In this document: piece after piece, positions 55,353 through 64,000 of the stretch
How the letters are laid out: each line of letters starts with the position of its first letter
Numbering within the stretch: the first letter of the stretch is position 1
Source: Bacteroidota bacterium
GTDB taxonomy: Bacteria > Bacteroidota > Ignavibacteria > SZUA-365
Assembly (NCBI GenBank): GCA_029907355.1
Contig: JARYLZ010000007.1
Span: 6,275 to 70,274, forward strand
Direction of reading: 5' to 3'
Length of the DNA stretch: 64,000 bases
The notes under the pieces: model-generated
The model's input: the letters and a program-made list of their open reading frames with translations, nothing else
What the model was told of the DNA's origin: nothing
Databases searched by the model: none
Translations under genes and position numbers: made by a program

Positions 55353-57322
55353 TGCCCACCTCCTCGCTGTGGTTTGAGGGCAATGATCTTTTCGACGATG
55401 CCCTTCAGGGTCACGCTTATCTTCCCATCAGCCGATGCCTTCTCGACGATACGCTGGAGAACGACGGGGTTCTTCAACGCATCCTTCTTCTTTTGGATGC
55501 CGAGTTGCGTTTGGGCTTCCGAAAGCAACCGGCCAAACAGGTCTTTGCCGATTTCCTCTTCAAGCGTAGTCTCGAGTTTGACCTTGAAACAGGCGTATTT
55601 GTCTTTCACACCGCATGGCCAGTCTTCTTCCGACTCGCCGACAAGCCGCAGCAGCTTGCGGTTGTCTTCAGGAATAGCACCATCTTCACCATTATCGCTG
55701 TCCCAGACGACGTAAACCGGGATGCCGAGTCGCCGGAAAATTACCAGAGGGCGATCCAAGTTGTTCTTTCCGATGCAGGGGATAACCGAGATGCCTTCGC
55801 TGTCGAAATTGTGCCCCATCGACGCGGCTACGCCGAGAATGGCGGCGCGGTCATCCTCGCCTTCGACCAGCACCGCAACATCGGCAAAGAATCCTTCGTT
55901 GAGCCACGGAGTCATCACAGCCTGAAGACGGGGGCGAAGCGTATCGGCGGTGTACTTGGCACCTTGTTTGCCTCCCGCAATCCATATTTCTTCGGCTACT
56001 GCGCCCAGTTCTGCCTTGATAGCCTTTGTCACCCTCGGTTTCCCGGCGACATCATCGAACTTCCGCAAGAGGCGGATTTGCTCGAAGCGGTCGAGTCCGA
56101 CAAAAAGCGGGGAGTGCGTAGAGTAGAGGACCTGCGTCCGCTTCGCCACGCCGGGGATCGTGCCTTGCGACAGTTTCAGAAGGACGGACGCCATGTGCCG
56201 CTGGCGGCTCGGGTGTTGGTAGAGTTCCGGCTCCTCGATGGCAAGAACCAGGCTGGGGAGCTGCGGCTCACCCTGTTCGGGAATCTCCGCCTCCGACGCA
56301 AAGCCCTCTTCGGTTGCGGACTCAACGCCCTTGGCCGCAACGAGATGCTGCAACATGGTCAGGATGAAGGCGCGCTGGAGACCGTGGCCCGTCCGCTGGA
56401 CCGAGGACTTGTATCCGTCTTCGTGAAGTTTGACCTCGGCCTTCGGCAAGGGAAAATCAATGTCAACGAGTTTGGCCCATTCCATCGAGACGTTCGCTTC
56501 GGGGGCATATTGTCGTAGGGTTTCGGATAGCTGCGTCTGAAGCCCGGAAAGCTCCGTGAGTCTTGCGGGGTCCATGATTTCGCGGTACTTCTTCTGCGTC
56601 TCGTCCTTCAGCGTCACGAATTCCTTCCGGTTGGTGAGTGCGCGCCGAACCACGAGGTCCATGATTTCCGTGACGCATGATCCCTTGCCTTCGGTGGCGT
56701 CATCCGACGCATCCCGGACGGCGGGGATGTGGATGAAGCGCGTGTGACGGCCGAGGTAGCCGTTACCGACTTCCGTGAATCCGAAAAATTGCCCATCGTC
56801 GCGCATGCGGGAACATGAACCTGGGTTGGCGGCCTCCCACTTTCTCAGTTCTTCCTCGACTTGATCCGCGTTCCGAACTGTAGGAAGTGAAGAGTAATTT
56901 GGCTTGCTCCTGATTTCGTTGTATTTGTTCCTGATCTCCGATTTTCCACCTGCGTTGCGAACTTCGGCAAATTCCGGATTCTGGAGTTTCATGCCATGGT
57001 AGGTTCCCGACTTCTTGGCCGAGAAAGAGAAGACTCTGGCAACGGTGAGGTCGTTGCCATCGAGATACGGCGCAAACAGGGCGTTCTCCTCGGTGCCGAG
57101 GTCGGTGAACGTCAAGGCGATTTCGATTTCCCTACTTGTGTCCTCCGCGTAGAAATCCTCAGCCGAGACAGCCGCCTTCGGGTCGTAGAACAACTCCATC
57201 GCCCGAAGGAAGGATGACTTGCCGGTGCCGTTGCGCCCGACAAGGACCGTCAGGTTGTCGCAATCAATCCGCTCGTCGAGAACCGAACGGAAGTTTTTAA
57301 CATGGATGGCCTTGACAATCAT
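55349..57322 (-). CDS. OLD-family nuclease: N-terminal ABC-type ATPase plus C-terminal Toprim domain
   Basis: Walker A VLVGRNGTGKSSFLRA, Walker B LAIEEPELYQHP and a Toprim block VLVEGEDDRAAILGVA...VIPCIGKNNL. Its stop overlaps the DUF1156 start by 4 nt. Confidence 0.8.
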   Translation of the reverse strand: MIVKAIHVKNFRSVLDERIDCDNLTVLVGRNGTGKSSFLRAMELFYDPKAAVSAEDFYAEDTSREIEIALTFTDLGTEENALFAPYLDGNDLTVARVFSFSAKKSGTYHGMKLQNPEFAEVRNAGGKSEIRNKYNEIRSKPNYSSLPTVRNADQVEEELRKWEAANPGSCSRMRDDGQFFGFTEVGNGYLGRHTRFIHIPAVRDASDDATEGKGSCVTEIMDLVVRRALTNRKEFVTLKDETQKKYREIMDPARLTELSGLQTQLSETLRQYAPEANVSMEWAKLVDIDFPLPKAEVKLHEDGYKSSVQRTGHGLQRAFILTMLQHLVAAKGVESATEEGFASEAEIPEQGEPQLPSLVLAIEEPELYQHPSRQRHMASVLLKLSQGTIPGVAKRTQVLYSTHSPLFVGLDRFEQIRLLRKFDDVAGKPRVTKAIKAELGAVAEEIWIAGGKQGAKYTADTLRPRLQAVMTPWLNEGFFADVAVLVEGEDDRAAILGVAASMGHNFDSEGISVIPCIGKNNLDRPLVIFRRLGIPVYVVWDSDNGEDGAIPEDNRKLLRLVGESEEDWPCGVKDKYACFKVKLETTLEEEIGKDLFGRLLSEAQTQLGIQKKKDALKNPVVLQRIVEKASADGKISVTLKGIVEKIIALKPQRGGGQ

Positions 57323-57327
57323 GACCG

Positions 57328-57540
57328 TTACCTCACCTGCCTGTTGGAATACCGCCCCTTGATGTGGTTGTGAAAATACGACCCCTTTGATGCGGCTCGC
57401 ATGAAGTCCTGATAAACGGTCTCTGGTACACCAGAGTACTGGTAAACGCCTCCGCTATTGAACTCCACCTCCAGCGTCCTCGACGCTGGGTCATAGCCCA
57501 CGGAACGGATATTGCTTGAGCGGACTGGTCTTCTGTTCAT
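57328..57540 (-). CDS. KTSC-domain protein
   Basis: 70 aa reading [57 protein letters not shown], which matches the KTSC domain pattern. Its start overlaps the RmuC stop by 4 nt. Confidence 0.7.
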   Translation of the reverse strand: MNRRPVRSSNIRSVGYDPASRTLEVEFNSGGVYQYSGVPETVYQDFMRAASKGSYFHNHIKGRYSNRQVR

Positions 57541-58964
57541 GCTTGGTTGTCCTCCTTCACCTCCGGCGCGGAGATCGCCCGGGGCGTCGTCTCAACAGGT
57601 GATAGAGGCGGTATCTCGTTGCCGGTCGCGGCCCCCAAGTCCTTGAACTTGCGGGCGGCGGGCAGAACCCGGGCTTCCATCGAGCCGACGGCGCTGTTGT
57701 AGGCCGCGTTGGCCTTCTCCAGACCTTTGCCGATTGCAGCAAGGTGCTCAGCCATGGTTCTCATGCGTTCGTAGAGATCCTTGCCAAGGTTACTAATTTC
57801 CTGGGCATTCTTCGCGATTTGTTCTTGTCGCCATCCATAAGCCACGGCTCGCAGAAGCGCGATAAGCGTAGTGGGGGTCGCCAGAACTACGCGCTGCGCC
57901 AGACCGTCCTCAATGAGTGAGTGGTCGGCGTCCACCGCCGCGCCGAAGAACGACTCGCCGGGAATGAACATGACCACGAACTCGGGGGCCTTGGGAAACT
58001 GGCTCCAGTACGCCTTCGAGGCAAGGGTGTTCATGTGACTGCGAACTTGCGCTGCGTGCCGCGCCATGGCCGCATTGCGCACGTCTTCGGACTCGGCGGC
58101 GACGGCGTCAAGGTACGCCTCCAGCGAAACCTTCGCATCCACGACGATCTCCCGTTCGGCTGGCAGCCGTATGAGCAGGTCCGGACGCAGTCGCCCTTCC
58201 TCGGTGCCGACGGTCACCTGCTCGGCGAAATCGCAATGTTCGGACATCCCCGCCAATTCCACCACGCGACGCAGGGTCATCTCGCCCCAGCGGCCGCGTA
58301 CCTGCGGCTTGCGCAGGGCCGTGACGAGATTCGCGGTCTCTCTCTGCAACTGCTGCTGGCTCGTAGACAGGAGTCTCAAGTGCTCTGTCAGGCCGGAATA
58401 GGCTTCCTGGCGGTTTTTCTCAATCGTGCGGACGTATTCCTCGAACTTGGCAATGGACTCCGCCAGCGGCTTGACCATACCTTGAATGGCTTCCTGACGT
58501 TTGCCGAGATCGCCCCTGGCATCCGTCAGCACTTTGTCGAGCGTTTCCTGCGCCAGTTTCAGGAACGCGGTCGTGCTGGTGTTGAGCGTGTCTCCGGCAA
58601 GAGCCTTGAAGGTGTCCGTGAGCTTGGCCTTGGCCTCCTCCAAGAGCTTCTTCTCTTCCTGAAGCCGCTGGACGGTCTCCGCCAACTGAGTTTCGGCCTT
58701 CACCCTCGCGCTCGTCTCAGCAGCCAGTTGATCCCTGACCTTTGTGAAGTCCTCGGAGGCTTTCTGATTCTGCGAACGCAGTTCGGCAATAGTCCCTTCC
58801 AGCCCTGAGGCGCGCCCCTCGGCGGTATTCGCCCGGCGCTCGGATTCCTCCAACTTGGCGGTCATGAGCCTTGTGGCACGAGCGGTTGCAAGTAGCCAGG
58901 CCACAAGGCCGCCAATCAGCGCACCGGCCAAAACATACAATAGATAAATCATCGCAGCATTCAT
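57537..58964 (-). CDS. rmuC: DNA recombination protein RmuC
   Basis: From [19 protein letters not shown]: an N-terminal TM anchor, a long coiled-coil, and a C-terminal RmuC nuclease-like region ([18 protein letters not shown]...[11 protein letters not shown]...[15 protein letters not shown]). The track ORF extends 119 codons upstream through the YhcG gene and is ignored. Confidence 0.8.
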   Translation of the reverse strand: MNAAMIYLLYVLAGALIGGLVAWLLATARATRLMTAKLEESERRANTAEGRASGLEGTIAELRSQNQKASEDFTKVRDQLAAETSARVKAETQLAETVQRLQEEKKLLEEAKAKLTDTFKALAGDTLNTSTTAFLKLAQETLDKVLTDARGDLGKRQEAIQGMVKPLAESIAKFEEYVRTIEKNRQEAYSGLTEHLRLLSTSQQQLQRETANLVTALRKPQVRGRWGEMTLRRVVELAGMSEHCDFAEQVTVGTEEGRLRPDLLIRLPAEREIVVDAKVSLEAYLDAVAAESEDVRNAAMARHAAQVRSHMNTLASKAYWSQFPKAPEFVVMFIPGESFFGAAVDADHSLIEDGLAQRVVLATPTTLIALLRAVAYGWRQEQIAKNAQEISNLGKDLYERMRTMAEHLAAIGKGLEKANAAYNSAVGSMEARVLPAARKFKDLGAATGNEIPPLSPVETTPRAISAPEVKEDNQA

Positions 58965-60169
58965 TCTCCGCCTCCTCCGCGTCTCTGCCGTACAATCATC
59001 CGCCGTTCCAGCGCCGCCCGCGTCCGTTCGATCTCGGCCGCCAATTCCTTCTCGTCCGGCAAGGCGGTTTTGTATTCCGCCGCCAGCACTTTGTTGGGGA
59101 GCCGGTCGAGGGCGTAGCGCACCACGGCCTCGTCCTTCTGGGCGCAGAGGATCAAGCCGACGGGCGGGTTCTCGCCGTCGCGGGTCCAGTGTTCCTGGGC
59201 ATAATTGAGATAGAGATGCATCTGGCCCGCGTCGGCATGGGTGAACTTGCCGATTTTGAGTTCGACAATGACCAGGCACTGCAACCGGCGATGGAAGAAG
59301 ACGAGGTCCACACGATACCACTCATCGCCGATGCGCAGGCGTTTCTGGCGGCCGGCAAAGCAGAAGTCGCCGCCGAGTTCCAGAAGGAAGGTCTCCAGGT
59401 GCCGGATCAGTGCTTCTTCGAGGTCGGACTCGGAGTACTCGTCCTTGAGGCCGAGGAACTCCAGCACATAGGGGTCCTTAATCTCCTCCTCGGGAGTGAT
59501 GCGGTCTTCCGGGAGGGCTTTCTGCCCTTTGGCGAGCATGGCGGCTTTATTGTGAGAGAGCGCGGTCCGTTCGTAGAATTGGGAGTTGATCTGCCGGTCG
59601 AGTTGCCGGACCGACCAGCCGCCCCGCAGGGCTTCCGTTTCGTAGAACCGGCGGGCGTTTTCGTTTTTGACCGCCAGCAGGCGGACGTACGCCGACCACG
59701 GGAGGGGGAAGTGAAAGGAGACGTTCTTCAGGAACTGTTCGATGGCGCCGTGCCCGGTTTCTCTTGATGGTGCCGAAAGAATCGGAAGGCTGGATTCTGC
59801 AGACGGCGTCTGCAGAATCTTAGGTTTGTCGGATTCCGCAGACGGTGTCTGCAGATTTGGCCATGCCAGGTAGAATGCCCTCATTTGCCACACATTGCGC
59901 ACGGAAAATCCTTTGCCATAGCGGGCGGACAAATCGGCCGCCAGACGCTCGATCAATTTCTCGCCGTACTCCGCCCGAACCCCTCCCTTCTGCTCGCTTT
60001 CGACGATCCGCCTGCCGATCAGCCAATAGGCAGCCGTCATGACGGAATTCACCGAGCGTGCCGCTGTTCTTCTCGCCGCAACGATAACCTCGGAAACATC
60101 GCCGAGAATCGCGCCATACGCCGAGTCGGCAACGACTGCAGGTGGAGTTCCGGGCGACTTGGGCCTCAC
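58961..60169 (-). CDS. YhcG/DUF1016-family nuclease with the PD-(D/E)xK restriction-endonuclease fold
   Basis: 402 aa. The N-terminal DUF1016-like helical region is followed by a C-terminal nuclease core ([45 protein letters not shown]). Its stop overlaps the rmuC start and its start overlaps the helicase stop, 4 nt each. Confidence 0.75.
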   Translation of the reverse strand: MRPKSPGTPPAVVADSAYGAILGDVSEVIVAARRTAARSVNSVMTAAYWLIGRRIVESEQKGGVRAEYGEKLIERLAADLSARYGKGFSVRNVWQMRAFYLAWPNLQTPSAESDKPKILQTPSAESSLPILSAPSRETGHGAIEQFLKNVSFHFPLPWSAYVRLLAVKNENARRFYETEALRGGWSVRQLDRQINSQFYERTALSHNKAAMLAKGQKALPEDRITPEEEIKDPYVLEFLGLKDEYSESDLEEALIRHLETFLLELGGDFCFAGRQKRLRIGDEWYRVDLVFFHRRLQCLVIVELKIGKFTHADAGQMHLYLNYAQEHWTRDGENPPVGLILCAQKDEAVVRYALDRLPNKVLAAEYKTALPDEKELAAEIERTRAALERRMIVRQRRGGGGE

Positions 60170-63100
60170 TTTTCTTCCTCCTCCGTGTTCGCTGTGCCTC
60201 TGCGGTGAACATCATATCCCGGCGAATCTTCCCGCACCTGCATGGGTCGCGTCATGGCGTCCACTTCCAGCCAATAGTGTTGGACCTTCTTGACCTCATG
60301 CCACGGGAAGCGCGCCGGATCGCGGATGGGCTCCTGGAGCGTGGGCTTGCCAGCGCAGTTCGTGACGATGTAGAGCCAGTAGCAGTCGCGCCGGTCCTCG
60401 GCGACGCGGCGCTCGTTGGGCGTGAGGAGGATCGTCCCGGTCGGATCGGCCAATCCTTTGACCTCGATGAGCCGCAGTTCGCCGGAATTGAGGTCGAGGC
60501 TGGTGATATCGTAGCCGAGGTTCTTCTCGTGGACGTCGTAAACCTGGCGTCCTTTGGAACGCTCGTACTCCATGACGACGCGCATGGCGGCGGCTTCCGT
60601 TTCGGCGCTGGGCTGGAGGTGGCGCACTTCGGGCAAACGGCGATCCGGGTGCGGCAGGACGAGGACACTGGCGATGCGCTCGACGGCCTGGAGCGTGAGC
60701 GACTGCTGCTGCCGGAGTTCCTTGCGGCGGCGGTCGCGCCGCGTCCGGAGTTCGTCGTGACGGTTCACGGCCTGGGCGAGTCGTCCTTCGGCCCCAGGCT
60801 CCTTCCGGTCGATGGCCTCCTGGGCCTTTCCGATTTCCTCGTCCGCCCGCTGGATGAGTTCCGTGAGCGACCATTCCACATGCTGCTCGATGCGTTGCAC
60901 TTCGGCGGTCCGTTCCTTGCGGACCTCTTCCAGGAACGGCCGGAAGGCGTTTTCCTGAAGCCAAGCGAGGGCTTCCGGCTCGAAGGCGACCGGCGGCAAA
61001 GGATCGGGGGAAGCAGCGGGGATGAGATCCGCCAGGATCGTTTCACCACAGAGACGCAGAGAGCACCGAGGACCATTCGTGTTTCCCTCTTTGTTCTCGC
61101 TGTCTCCGTGACGGGTCTTCAAATCCACAGCGAAGAGACGTTCACGGACCACCTGTCCCAACCCGTCCACCACGCGGGCGCGGTAGAAATCGATGCGTGA
61201 CGGCTCTTCGTGTTGGAGGGAGTAGAAGCAGGCACCTTTGCCGAGGGCCTCGGCGGCCATGGCGCACGTGTGCCGGCGGACGGCTTCGAAGAGGGGATGG
61301 CCGGGCGTGACCCACTCGAGATTGTTCTTTTCAGCCGTGTCGCGGTCTGTCGAGCAGGGGGGATAGCGTGGAGCCAGCGGGGGGAGCTTCCAATCCGCCG
61401 CCCGTTCGTACTCCTTCAGGAACGAGGGCGTTCGGCCGGGTTCGAAAGTGTGAGGGAGATGCGGAACGTCCTTGATATCGAGGTCTGCATAGGAGGCGGC
61501 CTCGCGGATGAAGCGGGCGACGGTTTCCGGCACGACGCGGCGTTCCTGGGCGCGAGCCCGTCGCTCGATGAGCATCTCCAGATTGAGTTTCTTGGACGCC
61601 AAGCCCTCCAAAGCGTTCCGGCAGATGTCACGGAATCGGCCCTCGTCGACGTTCTTGAGCAGGCGTTCCTCGAGGTCGGCATCGCCGAGTTTCCCGGCGT
61701 AGTAGTCCCGCAGGATGCGCTCCACGTGGGCCGCAGGCAGGATTTCGCCGACGACGTTGAAGACGGCGTCGTCGTCCAGCGCGTCGCGGATTTCCTGGAG
61801 TTTCTCCAGCAACCGCTGCAGCACACTGCCCTCGATGGTGTTCGTGGCCACGAAGTTGAAGATCAGACAGTCCTTCCGCTGGCCGTAGCGATGGATGCGG
61901 CCCATGCGCTGTTCGAGGCGGTTGGGATTCCAGGGGATGTCGTAGTTGAACAGGATGTTGCAAACCTGGAGGTTGATGCCTTCGCCCGCCGCCTCGGTGG
62001 CCACGAGAATCTGGATTGCGCCCTCGCGGAATTGCTGCTCCGAGTAGAGCCGCGTGCCCGGCTCGTCGCGGGAACCGGGTTTCATGCCGCCGTGGATGCA
62101 GCCGACGCGGAATCCCCAACCCTTCAGCTTCCCGACGAGGTAGTCGAGCGTGTCCTTGAATTCGGTGAAAATGAGCAGACGCTTGTCCGGCTGGTCGAAG
62201 AAGCCTTCTCCGTGGAGGAGGTCCTTGAGTTTCGACAACTTCGCTTCGCAGTCGCCGTTTTCCACGGCCTGAGCCAGGTCTGCCAGTCGGCGGAGTTCGG
62301 AAATCTCCTCCCGCACCTGGTCGGCGTTCCTGGCCAGCGTGATGGCTTCGAGCAATTCCTCCATGCGCTCGCGCTCGCTCTCTTCCATTTCCTCGATCTC
62401 TTCCGGGTCCGGCAGATCGGGCAGATCGAGGCTGACGAGTTCCTGAGCCTTCTTCAGACCTTCCTCCAGCCGGCGGGCGCGTTTCTCGAGGCTGTGACGC
62501 ATGGCATACGTGCTGGAAGCCAGCCTGCGTTGGTAGAGGGACATCAGGAAACCGACCGCACGGGCACGGGGATCGTCGCCCTGGGCGGCGGCCTTGGCGC
62601 TCTGACGCTTCACGAATCGCGTAACCTCCCGGTAGAGCTCGAATTCCGCGCCATCGAGTTGGAAATCCACGGTGTGGGGGATACGCTTCGTGAAGATCTT
62701 CTCGGTGACCCAGGTGCCATCCGGCCGCCGCTCCGGGAAGTAGACCATCGCTTCCTTGGTGCGGCGGAGATAGAACGGTGCGCGACGACGCTCCATCGCC
62801 TCGCGGATCGACCGCACGTCCGCATAGGCGTCCGGTTCGAGGAGTTGAAGGAACAGGGAGAAGTTCTCCGGGTCGCCCTTGTGCGGCGTCGCCGTGAGCA
62901 TCAAGATGTGGTCCGATGTATCCCTCAGGAGCTCGCCGAGGGCGTAGCGGGCGGTCTTGCGGGCCGGAGGCGTCCAGGACATGCGGTGCGCCTCGTCCAC
63001 GATGACGAGGTCCCAGTGGACCTGCCTCAAGCCGGGGAGGATCTCCGTCCGCTTTGCGAGGTCCAGCGACGTAATGACCTTATTCCGCTCCAGCCACTGG

Positions 63101-63678
63101 TTGACGCCGAACTGCTCGCGAATATCGCCGCCCTTGAGGATCACGAACGTCTCGTCGAACTTTTCCTTGAGTTCGCGCTGCCATTGGAAGGAGAGGTTGG
63201 CCGGACAGACGATGAGAATGCGCTCAGCGAGACCGCGCAGTTGAAGTTCCCGAATCAAGAGGCCGGCCATGATCGTCTTGCCGGCTCCGGCGTCATCGGC
63301 GAGAAGAAACCGGACCCGTGCAGCCTTGAGGAGGTAATCGTAGACGGCTTCGAGCTGGTGCGGTAAAGGGTCGACACGTGATATGGAAAGGCCGAAGTAC
63401 GGGTCGAACTCCCAGGCGATGCCGAGGGTGTATGCCTGGAGGCCCAAGCGCAAGAGACGCCCATCTCCGTCGTAACGGAAGCCGACGTCGAGAATGGTGA
63501 GGGCGGCAAAGTCCTGAGCGGTCAACGTCACCTTGCGGAATCGTTCGCTCTGCGTACCGACCAGACCAACGACCCAGGTTCCGTTTCCGTTATCGTGCAC
63601 CGTCTCCACGCGCATCGGCTCGTTGAAGATCGGGCCGGTGAGCACTTGGCCTTCGACCGGGAAATGCCGTTCACTCAT
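60166..63678 (-). CDS. SNF2-family DEAH-box helicase fused to a C-terminal DUF3883 (restriction-endonuclease-like) domain
   Basis: 1170 aa. Motif I LADDAGAGKT, motif II VIVDEAHRM, motif III MLTATPHKGD and motif VI QRMGRIHRYGQ are present. The C-terminal block GYDITSLDLNSGELRLIEVKGLADPTGTILLTPNERRVAEDRRDCYWLYIV is DUF3883-like. Confidence 0.85.
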   Translation of the reverse strand: MSERHFPVEGQVLTGPIFNEPMRVETVHDNGNGTWVVGLVGTQSERFRKVTLTAQDFAALTILDVGFRYDGDGRLLRLGLQAYTLGIAWEFDPYFGLSISRVDPLPHQLEAVYDYLLKAARVRFLLADDAGAGKTIMAGLLIRELQLRGLAERILIVCPANLSFQWQRELKEKFDETFVILKGGDIREQFGVNQWLERNKVITSLDLAKRTEILPGLRQVHWDLVIVDEAHRMSWTPPARKTARYALGELLRDTSDHILMLTATPHKGDPENFSLFLQLLEPDAYADVRSIREAMERRRAPFYLRRTKEAMVYFPERRPDGTWVTEKIFTKRIPHTVDFQLDGAEFELYREVTRFVKRQSAKAAAQGDDPRARAVGFLMSLYQRRLASSTYAMRHSLEKRARRLEEGLKKAQELVSLDLPDLPDPEEIEEMEESERERMEELLEAITLARNADQVREEISELRRLADLAQAVENGDCEAKLSKLKDLLHGEGFFDQPDKRLLIFTEFKDTLDYLVGKLKGWGFRVGCIHGGMKPGSRDEPGTRLYSEQQFREGAIQILVATEAAGEGINLQVCNILFNYDIPWNPNRLEQRMGRIHRYGQRKDCLIFNFVATNTIEGSVLQRLLEKLQEIRDALDDDAVFNVVGEILPAAHVERILRDYYAGKLGDADLEERLLKNVDEGRFRDICRNALEGLASKKLNLEMLIERRARAQERRVVPETVARFIREAASYADLDIKDVPHLPHTFEPGRTPSFLKEYERAADWKLPPLAPRYPPCSTDRDTAEKNNLEWVTPGHPLFEAVRRHTCAMAAEALGKGACFYSLQHEEPSRIDFYRARVVDGLGQVVRERLFAVDLKTRHGDSENKEGNTNGPRCSLRLCGETILADLIPAASPDPLPPVAFEPEALAWLQENAFRPFLEEVRKERTAEVQRIEQHVEWSLTELIQRADEEIGKAQEAIDRKEPGAEGRLAQAVNRHDELRTRRDRRRKELRQQQSLTLQAVERIASVLVLPHPDRRLPEVRHLQPSAETEAAAMRVVMEYERSKGRQVYDVHEKNLGYDITSLDLNSGELRLIEVKGLADPTGTILLTPNERRVAEDRRDCYWLYIVTNCAGKPTLQEPIRDPARFPWHEVKKVQHYWLEVDAMTRPMQVREDSPGYDVHRRGTANTEEEEK

Positions 63679-63702
63679 GGGTGGATCGCCGATATCGTGT
63701 TC

Positions 63703-63981
63703 TCAAATGGAATCGATTCCCTCTTCGTTGAAACAGTCTTCAGGATCGACGAACGCCGAACGCTGTCCCTTCCCCTCGTCGTCTCCGGCAGCCTCACCGT
63801 CCGTGCGGTTTTTGTTCGTGTATGCTCCCCTGTCGGCCAATAGGAATTCGGGAGCGAATCGCATCTCTCCCGTTTTCGCTGATTGTGCTCCCAACGGGTT
63901 TTCTCCGAAAAGATTTCCCCTCACTATTCTCGAAGGGATGAACGGCCTCCATCGATCGAATCGCCCGTTCGACTTCATCAT
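63703..63981 (-). CDS. Hypothetical small acidic protein upstream of the helicase (possibly the first gene of the operon, or truncated by the window)
   Basis: 92-aa ORF ending 24 nt upstream of the helicase start. It has no recognisable motif and is low confidence. Confidence 0.25.
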   Translation of the reverse strand: MMKSNGRFDRWRPFIPSRIVRGNLFGENPLGAQSAKTGEMRFAPEFLLADRGAYTNKNRTDGEAAGDDEGKGQRSAFVDPEDCFNEEGIDSI

Positions 63982-64000
63982 TGCGTCACCGTTGAATCCG

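Larger units (their letters stand above)
47205..63981. mobile_element. Putative tRNA-Ser-associated genomic (defence) island; the far boundary was not seen and probably lies beyond the window
   Basis: It starts immediately 3' of tRNA-Ser. The first about 1.9 kb is markedly lower in GC. The content is accessory: small secreted proteins, then an 8-gene operon of methyltransferase, ATPase, helicase and nuclease genes with an embedded selfish-type four-helix-bundle ORF. Confidence 0.45.

Noticed and set aside
57537-59321. Full 594-aa extent of the rmuC ORF in the track
   Set aside because: The first 119 codons are Arg/Pro/Gly-rich and run through the 3' end of the YhcG gene. The real start is the internal MNAAMIY preceding the membrane anchor, giving a 4-nt overlap with the YhcG stop.
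61210-63366. 718-aa plus-strand ORF
   Set aside because: It is antisense to the SNF2 helicase, which carries all the canonical helicase motifs.
1-63981. CRISPR arrays and rRNA genes
   Set aside because: I saw no regularly spaced direct repeats with unique spacers and no rRNA-like conserved stretches. The only structured repeats are the polypurine copies and the in-protein tandem repeats described above.

Overview
This is a high-GC (about 65%) bacterial chromosomal window, densely coded, with most genes on the minus strand. Three secreted proteins end in a C-terminal sorting domain of the type recognised by the type IX secretion system (T9SS). Together with a TonB-dependent receptor carrying an N-terminal carboxypeptidase-regulatory-like domain, this suggests a Bacteroidota-related lineage (inference). 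The first 47 kb is mostly core or housekeeping. It holds a polysaccharide export pair (a Wzz-like gene that I recovered by hand at the window edge, plus a Wza-like gene), tRNA-Arg(ACG), a glycoside hydrolase, an RNA-binding RRM protein, a PDZ/GAF/PP2C signalling phosphatase, a thioredoxin-like protein, a TonB-dependent receptor operon, MntP, an EnvC-like M23 peptidase, a peptidyl-peptidase of the S9 family, an M16 peptidase, GmhA and a class I fumarate hydratase. It also holds a shikimate-pathway cluster encoded as two multidomain fusions, aroK-aroD-aroE and aroB-aroA, flanking aroC, which is the fungal AROM domain order split in two. Two tRNA-linked, lower-GC accessory regions stand out. (1) Downstream of tRNA-Arg there are decayed genes for a sialidase-like (BNR-repeat) protein carrying that sorting domain, plus a short integrase remnant. 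(2) Downstream of tRNA-Ser(GGA) there is a roughly 17 kb island whose core is an 8-gene, translationally coupled minus-strand operon. Its genes encode an SNF2/DUF3883 helicase, a YhcG-like nuclease of the PD-(D/E)xK restriction-endonuclease fold, RmuC, a KTSC protein, an OLD-family ATPase/Toprim nuclease, a DUF1156 N6-adenine methyltransferase, a four-helix-bundle protein bounded by inverted polypurine repeats, and a DUF499 ATPase with a CPxC-rich tail. I read this as a candidate restriction-modification-like anti-phage system with unusual embedded nuclease modules. The second notable object is a 968-residue secreted protein made of seven roughly 120-residue repeats built on a conserved six-cysteine CC[YFW][DE]F / NR[NH] / DFH / GGF-x2-CF / QC pattern that I cannot assign to any known domain. 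I found no rRNA and no CRISPR array. Many long plus-strand ORFs in the track are antisense GC artefacts.
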